Positions 24,816 to 33,000 of a DNA stretch of 41,214 bases are shown piece by piece; positions within the stretch are counted from its first letter, which is position 1, and every line of letters starts with the position of its first letter. Position numbers and translations under genes: made by a program. The notes below the pieces were generated by a model that worked only from the letters and a program-made list of their open reading frames with translations, was not told the origin of the DNA and ran no database searches. The DNA is from an uncultured Candidatus Peribacteria bacterium. Its GTDB lineage: Bacteria > Patescibacteriota > Gracilibacteria > UBA1369 > 2-02-FULL-48-14. The stretch spans positions 1-41,214 of the forward strand of contig CAYHGP010000006.1 in NCBI GenBank assembly GCA_964356195.1, read 5' to 3'.

Positions 24816-27800
24816 TTAGTTTATCGCTTTCTCTGTGGAAACGTCCACATATTCGGAGAGAGACGGGGGTGTGTTCAAGAGGATGCGGCTGTCGTAACGA
24901 ATCACGAGACCTCCTCCTTCAAGGGTTGGAGGGGCCACGAAGCGGGCGGCATCCATCAAGTGTTGGATGTTTCCATAGAGGGAACCGTCCACCGTGAGGA
25001 CTCCGTCCACGGGGCTGCGCCAATCGCCATTCGTATCGGTGTCCTTGGAATTTCCATAGAAGTTCTGGTCGGTGTAATAGACTCCCACGTTATGGTACGA
25101 AGTGTTTTTAAAGTAAATGTCTCCTCCCTGAACCACGAAGGCGACGGAAGGAAGATTTTTGTAATCGCTCAGGTCAGTCGAAGTCGCATAGCTGATGTCG
25201 CCGGCGATTACGAGGTCGGCATTTTCAACAATAATGGTCCAGGCTCCTGCAGGCACTTCCAAGCTTCCGAGGGTCAATTTTCCTGCGGACGTGGTGCAAG
25301 TGCTGACTCCGAGACATCCGTTGAAGTAAAGAATATTGCTGTCCGGATTGTTGGAGTTGGAGAGAGCGCCGGCTAAACTGCTCCAGTTGTCGGAGGCGGT
25401 GCTGCCGTTTCCGGAAGTGCTGTCGACGTTGCTGGATTGCAGTGTCACCGTGTTACGCGTGGCTTGGCTCACATGGCTTTCCGTCGTGGTTTCCACTGTT
25501 GTTTTTCTCCACAGGTCGGTTACGGTGTTCACAATTTCACAGACGTAGGAACTTAGGTTTCCAATGAGGCCGGTCGAGGAAGAATCACTGTCACAGAGAG
25601 AGATTGTGGTTCCTGTCGGGTCGCTCAAATAGGTGCTTGAGCTGGTTGTTTCTTCACTGCTGCCTTCCAGAATTATAAGCGCATCGGTGTTGGCATAATT
25701 GCTGGTGGCCTCGTCTTCATCGACGAAGATACAAGAGATGTCGGAGCCGCCTTCAAGGGCGACTTCCAAGTACACATCTCCAGCGTTTTCGGTGAGCAAG
25801 TAGGAACACAGCACTACGAGTCGAGCGCTGGCAGTGAGTGAATCAATTCCGTCGTAGACTTGGAGTTCAGCATCATTTTGGAATTCTTCGGTGAGACATT
25901 CGTCGGCCCCGTCGGAACATTCCAGACCGGAGTTGATGATTCCCACGTAACGGATGCGGATGACGGCTATGTCGACTACCGTGCCGGCGTTTTCAATCAC
26001 GACCTTGTTGTAAGGGGAAGGATTTTCGGGGGAATAATCGGGGTCGTAACAAACTTCGGTGGAAGTGAGGTCGCCGGAAAGGGGATCGTATTCGCAGACA
26101 TCAATGAGGGTGGATTCCGATGTGTTGTCGTCGTAGGCAAGGTAAGGAATGAAGGTTTTGTAGAAGTAGGTGTCGAAACTTTCCACGTAAGGAACAATGT
26201 ACTCTTCGTTGTGAAGTTCATGACAGGTTGCTTCATTGGTGATGTCGGGACAGCCGAAACCCATGTTCACGAGCGTGGAGTAACGGCTGTAGGCCGTGGC
26301 GCTGGTGAGTTCGCTGTAATTGGTGGCCAATTCCACGTCTCCTCCGGAGCTGGTGCCGTCTCCATTTTTTCCTTCCAAAGTTCCGTCCCACATACTGTCG
26401 GTGAAGGTGATGTCCTCTTCGCCGCCGGCGGGGTCGTATTGCAAGGTGTAGAATGCGCGGTCTTCATCGTGGGCGAAGAACACGTTTTCATCGGAGTGGG
26501 AATTCTTTTCGAGTGAGAAGTTGAAGGTGAAGATGAATTTGCTGAAGGTTCCGAGTTCTTGAATTTCAACAGGGAGGGTGTCGGAACAGGATTTCCCTTC
26601 ACCTTGCGTATCGACGCTGATTTCGGCGTCTTCACAAATGTCTTCGAAGATAATATCCACGCAATCTCCGTTGCCGACATCTTCAATGGTCACATCGCCG
26701 GTGGCGGTATCGTAGGTTCCGTTGTTATCGTCATCGTAGAGAATGGTTCCGGCGGTGTCTCCACAGTAGTAACTCACATCGAGGTCTTCGCTGGAGTCTT
26801 CGGTATCCACACAAATTTCGGTGCTTTCGTCGGCGCCTTCTACGGTGTCGATGGAGTCTTCGCCGAAGCTTACGTCAAGACAGACATTGCTTCCGCCGCC
26901 TCCTCCTCCGCTGGTGTCGTCGTCGTCATCATCGCCCGAACTGTCATCGTCGCCTGGCGTGACGGTTGTTGTTCCTTGGGTGATGCTGAAGGCGTCGGTA
27001 CAAATGAGAGCTTCGCCCTCAATATAAGAGGTCACGGTGTCGCCGGCCACGCCACCCACGTAGGTCGCGGTGACGGTGGTGCTGGTGCCGCTCACGGCAA
27101 CTTCCAAGTGGCCGTCGCTTTCGGTTGAGGCGCTTCCGGAGCTGTAATAAAGATCGCCGGAACCTGTGTTTGCAATAATGAGATTTCCGGACCAAGCGGC
27201 GTCGCTTGCCGTTACCATGGTGCTGATAGCGATGGTTCCCGCGGTGGCGTCCGAAGCGGACATGACGTAAGAGTCAGGACTCATTTCCACGTCAATACAG
27301 TAGTTTCCACCTGAAGTTCCTTCTTGAGTGATAGTGAAGACGTCGTTACAAAGAGTGTCTTCATCTTCAATGTAAGACGTCACAATGTCTCCGGCAACTC
27401 CGCCGACGTAGGTCACGGTCACCGTTGTAGCGGTGCCGGAAACCGGGATTTCCAAGTGTCCGTCTCCATAGGCTGAAGCGCTGCCATCCGTGTAGTAGAG
27501 GTCTCCTGAACCCGTATATTCCACAATCAAATTTCCCGTCCAGAGGGCGTCGCTGCCGGTCACGTCAATGGTGACGGTGATTGTTCCTGCGTCGGCATCC
27601 GTGGCGGACATGGTGTACGAGTCCGGATCCATTTCGAGGTCCACACAAACGTAGGATTCTTCTTCTTCGAGGGGAGGAAGTTCTTCATCAGCGAAACAGG
27701 CGGCTTCTTCGGTGAGTATGCCAAGAGTGATATAATTCCCTTCCTCGTAGTTTTCAAAACATAGGGTTCCTGTGTAGCTTGTGTAACCGGTAATGCTGAC

Positions 27801-29873
27801 GTCGGCCGTGTTGGTATTGCTGTCGCTATCCACCAAGGTTGTTCCTGTGGAGTCGTAGGCATCGAGAGTGAGAGTGGTTCCCGTGTAGGCGGTAGCCGTG
27901 TTATCGGTATAGCCGGCCGCTTCTAAAGTTCCCAGGTAAGTGGTGTCGGAAACATTGAGGGTGTAATCCCAACATACTACATTGGTGCCGTAGAGAGTGG
28001 CGAGGTCCGCTGCATCCGTAAGATCGATGGGGACTTCGGTTCCGGTGGAATCAATAATGTAAGGAGTGCCGAGAGTGAGGTCTTCACATACGGGAGCGAT
28101 TTCTTCGGGAGTTTCGCTAGGAATGACATCTCTACAAGTGGGGTCGGTGGGGTAGAGGTTGCTGGTGACGGTGATGTCGGCTCCCGGAGTTCCTCCTGTG
28201 ATTTCAACGGAGTAACCCATCACCAAAGTATGAGTACCGGTCATAGTGACTCCTGTTGCCGGGTCGTAAATACTTCCTACACCGTCACTGGTGCTTACGG
28301 TGAAAGGAGGAGTGAGGATTCCGGTTGTTGTGTTTCCCGTCCAAGTCACGGTCACGGTTCCCGCCATGTCGTCTGCGGTGATGACAAGAGGAGATACAAT
28401 ATGGAGTTCAATACAGTCGTTTTCTGTGATGGTGTAATCAAAGCTGTCGTTACAAAGATTGGCCACATCGTCACTGACGCCGTCTCCGTTTTCGTCGTCG
28501 AGGCCCACGCTTACGGTGTTAGAGCCCACTTCCTCGCTGTAGTAAGCTACCGTCCAATCGGTGGTGGTGTAAGGAGTGGTAGTGCCATCAAACGTCGCAT
28601 TCAAATCCGTGGATTCGTAGGTCACGCTGTATGGCCAATCGGTTCCTTCGTCGAAATCAGCATCCGCATCAATTCTGATATTGGCTTCATAAGGGCCTTC
28701 CGCAGGCAAGCTGATTCCGGGGCTGGTGATGTCGAGGTCGGTACAGTAAGGAAATTCGAGTTCCACTTCACACACGCCGCTTCCACAGTAGTCGACGCCG
28801 TTGTAGTCGGACACACAAACGGTGATGGCGTCGCCGGGTAAGGAATTGTTGTAACGCACGGTACTGTCTCCGCCTTCCAGGTCATTGCCCTGTCTTTTGA
28901 AAGATCCACTTGCATCGGGTGAGGCTCGAGAGCTGTCGTATTCATAGGCTTGGTAGTGGAAGGTGGAATCACCGGTGATATCGCTTCCATCGGTTCCCGT
29001 GGCGGTGACTTCGAGGTCGGTGTCATTGAAAACGTCGGCTACGGAAAGAGAGCTGGGGGTGATGGCGAGGGAGTCACAAGCCACTTCTTCACATTCGTAG
29101 TTGGTGACTAGGGTCGTGGTGTGATTGTTCCAATGGTATCCTGTTTCGCCATCTTCTTCCACTTCTTGCCAACAATCGGAATCACTCCAGTCACCACAGG
29201 ATTGATCGTAAGCATAAAAGCTTACATAAAGGGCTGAGTCGGTGGTAGCGCTATCTCCAGTCACTACATCCTCATCAAAATCAAAATCTAGTGTTTCATA
29301 AAACCAACGGTACTCTTGATCGCTCGTATCTACATCGCCATCTGCATCGTAATCATTGTATCCGGGAATAAAAGGTCGATCTCCTCGATCTGTAATTCCG
29401 TACTCCCACTGAATGTAGTCCGGGTATACCGCATCACTACTCGTGTCTCCTCTCACTATAGTGACTTCGAGTCCTCCGTCGTCGGTTGCGGTTCCACCGT
29501 CACAGGAAACATAACCCGATGGAGTGCTACACTCCATGGTGGATAAATCTATTGAATCAACAAAATCATCGTGAAGATAGAAACGCAGGTACTTAACATA
29601 CATGTAGTATTCATACCCCTCCGTATAACCTGAGGTATTAGTATATCCATGCTGGTGCCAAGCATCGGTATCCGGACAGTAGACGGTCTGTTCATAGTCT
29701 GAATCTGCGGAGGTGCCGCTCAATTCACCCTCAATAGTGCTTGAAGTTGGACCGGAGAAATGTCCCCCGCCAAAGGTCGCGGCTGAGGAAAGTTGCACGC
29801 CAATCAGCAAGCCAAAAATGAGACTGGAAATCCCAAAAGTGGTTCTATTTGATTTTGTAAACAGGTTTAACAT
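24816..29873 (-). CDS. Giant secreted acidic, Cys-rich modular protein (1685 aa), unknown function; adhesin or surface-protein-like
   Basis: It has a Sec signal peptide (FGISSLIFGLLIGVQLSSA|AT). It is extremely D/E/T/S/G-rich and has many Cys. At least seven modules open with C-x-[DES]-[LV]-x-[IMLF]. I saw no TM segment, LPxTG motif or lipobox at the C-terminus. Confidence 0.85.
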   Translation of the reverse strand: MLNLFTKSNRTTFGISSLIFGLLIGVQLSSAATFGGGHFSGPTSSTIEGELSGTSADSDYEQTVYCPDTDAWHQHGYTNTSGYTEGYEYYMYVKYLRFYLHDDFVDSIDLSTMECSTPSGYVSCDGGTATDDGGLEVTIVRGDTSSDAVYPDYIQWEYGITDRGDRPFIPGYNDYDADGDVDTSDQEYRWFYETLDFDFDEDVVTGDSATTDSALYVSFYAYDQSCGDWSDSDCWQEVEEDGETGYHWNNHTTTLVTNYECEEVACDSLAITPSSLSVADVFNDTDLEVTATGTDGSDITGDSTFHYQAYEYDSSRASPDASGSFKRQGNDLEGGDSTVRYNNSLPGDAITVCVSDYNGVDYCGSGVCEVELEFPYCTDLDITSPGISLPAEGPYEANIRIDADADFDEGTDWPYSVTYESTDLNATFDGTTTPYTTTDWTVAYYSEEVGSNTVSVGLDDENGDGVSDDVANLCNDSFDYTITENDCIELHIVSPLVITADDMAGTVTVTWTGNTTTGILTPPFTVSTSDGVGSIYDPATGVTMTGTHTLVMGYSVEITGGTPGADITVTSNLYPTDPTCRDVIPSETPEEIAPVCEDLTLGTPYIIDSTGTEVPIDLTDAADLATLYGTNVVCWDYTLNVSDTTYLGTLEAAGYTDNTATAYTGTTLTLDAYDSTGTTLVDSDSNTNTADVSITGYTSYTGTLCFENYEEGNYITLGILTEEAACFADEELPPLEEEESYVCVDLEMDPDSYTMSATDADAGTITVTIDVTGSDALWTGNLIVEYTGSGDLYYTDGSASAYGDGHLEIPVSGTATTVTVTYVGGVAGDIVTSYIEDEDTLCNDVFTITQEGTSGGNYCIDVEMSPDSYVMSASDATAGTIAISTMVTASDAAWSGNLIIANTGSGDLYYSSGSASTESDGHLEVAVSGTSTTVTATYVGGVAGDTVTSYIEGEALICTDAFSITQGTTTVTPGDDDSSGDDDDDDTSGGGGGGSNVCLDVSFGEDSIDTVEGADESTEICVDTEDSSEDLDVSYYCGDTAGTILYDDDNNGTYDTATGDVTIEDVGNGDCVDIIFEDICEDAEISVDTQGEGKSCSDTLPVEIQELGTFSKFIFTFNFSLEKNSHSDENVFFAHDEDRAFYTLQYDPAGGEEDITFTDSMWDGTLEGKNGDGTSSGGDVELATNYSELTSATAYSRYSTLVNMGFGCPDITNEATCHELHNEEYIVPYVESFDTYFYKTFIPYLAYDDNTSESTLIDVCEYDPLSGDLTSTEVCYDPDYSPENPSPYNKVVIENAGTVVDIAVIRIRYVGIINSGLECSDGADECLTEEFQNDAELQVYDGIDSLTASARLVVLCSYLLTENAGDVYLEVALEGGSDISCIFVDEDEATSNYANTDALIILEGSSEETTSSSTYLSDPTGTTISLCDSDSSSTGLIGNLSSYVCEIVNTVTDLWRKTTVETTTESHVSQATRNTVTLQSSNVDSTSGNGSTASDNWSSLAGALSNSNNPDSNILYFNGCLGVSTCTTSAGKLTLGSLEVPAGAWTIIVENADLVIAGDISYATSTDLSDYKNLPSVAFVVQGGDIYFKNTSYHNVGVYYTDQNFYGNSKDTDTNGDWRSPVDGVLTVDGSLYGNIQHLMDAARFVAPPTLEGGGLVIRYDSRILLNTPPSLSEYVDVSTEKAIN
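26976..27647 (-). repeat. Tandem duplication of a 108-aa module (2 x 324 nt separated by a 24-nt linker) inside the secreted giant protein
   Basis: CVDLEMDPDSYTMSATDADAGTITVTIDVTGSDALWTGNLIVEYTGSGDLYYTDGSASAYGDGHLEIPVSGTATTVTVTYVGGVAGDIVTSYIEDEDTLCNDVFTITQ is paired with CIDVEMSPDSYVMSASDATAGTIAISTMVTASDAAWSGNLIIANTGSGDLYYSSGSASTESDGHLEVAVSGTSTTVTATYVGGVAGDTVTSYIEGEALICTDAFSITQ. By eye the two copies are a bit under two-thirds identical. Confidence 0.9.
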
Positions 29874-29874
29874 G

Positions 29875-30027
29875 TTATTCAGCTAGAAAAGTAGGTGCTT
29901 CTTCAGGAGTTGTAATTTCGGATGAACCTTGCTCAGGTGCCTGAGAATTTTCGGGTCTTTTCTCTGTTTGGCCGCAGGCACTTAAGAAGAGAGAACTTAA
30001 GAGGATGATTTTAAATATTTTCTTCAT
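29875..30027 (-). CDS. Small lipoprotein (50 aa), missing from the supplied ORF track
   Basis: My translation is MKKIFKIILLSSLFLSACGQTEKRPENSQAPEQGSSEITTPEEAPTFLAE*. It has a perfect lipobox (LSAC). The ATG is 14 nt after the upstream giant gene's stop, and its TAA is 1 nt before the downstream giant gene's ATG. Confidence 0.6.
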   Translation of the reverse strand: MKKIFKIILLSSLFLSACGQTEKRPENSQAPEQGSSEITTPEEAPTFLAE

Positions 30028-30041
30028 ATTGTTAATTAACT

Positions 30042-33000
30042 TTATTCATCTTGTAAATCAGCAGCTCCTGATTCTCCACCTGTGCCGTCTTGTAAGGGAT
30101 GCACCTCGGGGCGTCCAGAACCCAGTTCAGGTCTAGGCCCTGTACCTTGGTCGCTAGGATCAGGTTCCTTTTCACCTACCAATTCAGGCGTCGTTTCCTC
30201 GGAATAAGCCACTGCAACTCCGGCACCAATAACATGGGTACCTTTGCGGGCGCTGAGGTAGTCGCGGACTTCGGCTTGGGCGGCTTGGTTTCCGCCCCCT
30301 GTGACTTTCACTTCCACATTGAGAGGTTCGTTCATAGTGACCGTGAAGTTCACACATTTTTCGTAGAGACCCACGGTTTTCACTTGCTTGGTGGTCAGGA
30401 TGACTCGCGCGTCCTCGTAGCGTTGAGTGTCGCGGAGTTGTTTTACGATATCGGCGTATTTTTTGTAAATGGCTCTTGATCCTTCTGGAATTTTGTCGTA
30501 AGTGGAGAGGAAGCTTCCAGTTGGTGTTTTCGTTTGTGCAAGTTGGAAAAGCTGTACCAGTTGAGCTCCTTCTGCTGGAGAGAAAATAATGTCGGCGGCG
30601 TCCAATACTTCGAGTCCGATTTGGCTGTGCATGAGCTTGTCGGGGTTGCTCTCCGCTATTTTGTCGCTGCCTTCATAGCCGAGGGGGGAAAGTACTCCTG
30701 TGGCCACTTCTATGAATGCTGCGATTTCTGGGCCGGTGAGGGTGGGGAAGGCCGCGCGCAAAGCCTCTGGTGTAATATTGGTAGCGTCCAGCATTCGGCC
30801 CTTCCCTTCGGGATCCCAGAAGTTTTCTCGGTATCCTTCAATTCCTTCGGTACCCACCATGATGTGAACGATGCTCCCTGCGGTGATTTCAGAGGCTGTG
30901 TAGTCTCCTCCTTCTCCACCAATGGGAGCTACGCTGTGTTTGCTTGCGGGATCGAAGAACTGTTTAACCATTTTTTCGGCGACGGAAGCGGCCATCCCTT
31001 CAGGGTACTCCGGAGGCTTCATTCCTCCTTCAATGAGGTATTTAGTGGTTTGTTTCGTGTTCCACTCAATGTTGTGTTCTCGAGCGGCTTCAAAGGGACC
31101 CGGTTCTCGGCTGTAAAGTTCACCGGCGGCTTCAACCGTGCAAGCTTGAAGCATATAGGTCATTTTGGTGTTGTCCCACCATTCTATTGGTTTGCCGGGA
31201 GGTACCGCCATGGCTGCAGCTTGTTCAGTTATATCTTTCACGAGTGCGCCATAGTCGGCTGGGGTGCCGTCTTCATTGACGCCCAAAGAAAGATTTTTGT
31301 ATTTACGTCTTCGAGTGAAATCAGCCTGTTGTTTTTCGTCGAGATCGGCATAGGGTCTGTTTTGTCTTACGCCATCTTTTACGAAAGTTGTTGCAGGATC
31401 CCAAGCGAGCAAGGTGCTTGCCATCGCTTCAATTTCACCACGAGTGGTTTCATCGAGTGCAGGCCCCGTGTGTTCTTGGTCGAGGAGTCCACGCATTTGT
31501 AGTCGGATGGCCTCACGGTTGGCTTGGTCATCGATGATTTCGGTCAGCGCGTTTCCTTCAGCAATTCCTCCCTCCGTTCCCATGGCTTCTTTGCTCGCAT
31601 AGATGCTCGATTCTCCGCCTTCTCGATCGGCGACAATTTCAGCTTGGGTTCGCGTGCCCCCCATGGCTTCGGTGTAGTGGAGGTGAGACGAACTTTCTCC
31701 TTCCATGACCCTGCTTTCAACGTGAGGATTGTTGGTGATGTAGAGTTTGACGCGGTGGGTTTGGCCGAAACTTTCGAAAGGGAAGTATTCGTCCACACGG
31801 CGAATGAAGAGTTTGTCAGATTTATCGAGGTTCAAGTAGATGGAGCCTTCGGGACCGATGTAACTTTGAATACCTGACTTGGGATCCACGTAAAGGTCTA
31901 CGCTGCCGTCCACTTTGAAGACGTCCAGTTTGATTTCTCCGTCGCGAGTCCCTTCCAGGTGCAGGCCTTGTTCTTCCACTCCGTGTAAGCGTGCATCCAT
32001 TTCTGCTTGGCTTGCGGCACCTCGGATGGATAAATCTTGAGATTGGGTGATGGTGGTGGAGCCATTCTTGGCTTCACGTTGTAAAAGTCCCGATTCGTAA
32101 ACGTGAACGGCTTGTATTTCTCCCGGAGCCACCGCTGCTTGTGTGGCCAGGGCTCTTTGGATGCGTACTGCCGCCACGTAGTCGAGGTTTACGGCTTCTT
32201 TGGGTCGGCTGTAGGCCAAGAATTTTTTACCTCTCCATCCCATCTTTATATAAGGAATAGGGAATGCCATCCCTGGGATGTAGGCGAGACCGAGACCCAA
32301 GAACTGGACGTGCTTTAAATCTTCAATGGCTTGATCTCCAAATTGTTGATGAAGACCCACGAGCATATTTTGCTGGAATGCTTTGAACTCCTCTGCCGTC
32401 ATGGTTCCTGGAACGAGCAGGGATTCATAGGTTCGGAGGGCGTCCGCTACCGTTTCCTTTTGTTTTTCGCCAATTTTAGCGGCCTTTCTCTCGACAACCT
32501 GCTTCATGTTGCGATCAATCCCTACCGTGAGTACGAAGGCGGTTGCCATGGAAGAGGCATCAAGGCCAGCTCCGGCTCCTACGCTGATTTTCCATACGCG
32601 GTGAGGGCCCATTTCATATCCCAGGTTCACGCCCGCTCCTATTCCTAGCCCTGCATTAGGTCCCGTTCCTGTATTATCAAGTCCCACTTGAGCTCCGGCG
32701 TGAAAACCGACGTCAAATTGTCCGAATTTGCTTTGGCCAAACTCTTTGTGGCCGGCAAGTCCGGCGTGAAACTCGAATTGATGGGTGATGGTGTTGTTTT
32801 TGAAACCCACGTGCATGACCAGAGACCCATCGTCCGTGAGAGGGATTGGCACGTTGGCATCGAAGGCGCCACCAATATCAGGTTTTCCTCCGTCAATGCT
32901 GTTCATAATGATTCCTGCCGTTCCTAAATTGAACTCATGGAGATTGTCGCTCGCTTGTTTGAGTTCGGCGGGGGACAGGTCCATTCCCATTTCTTGAATC

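Noticed and set aside
24414-25376. 320-aa plus-strand ORF spanning the junction between holA and the giant gene
   Set aside because: It is antisense to two well-supported minus-strand genes, and I saw no motifs in the translation.
25997-26236. HELHN in the secreted giant protein as a possible HExxH metalloprotease site
   Set aside because: The spacing is H-E-x-H, not H-E-x-x-H, and there is no downstream third ligand motif.
30534-31502. 322-aa plus-strand ORF (and many shorter ones) inside the 1736-aa gene
   Set aside because: These are shadow ORFs within a 5.2-kb uninterrupted minus-strand frame, with F/S/G/V-rich nonsense composition.
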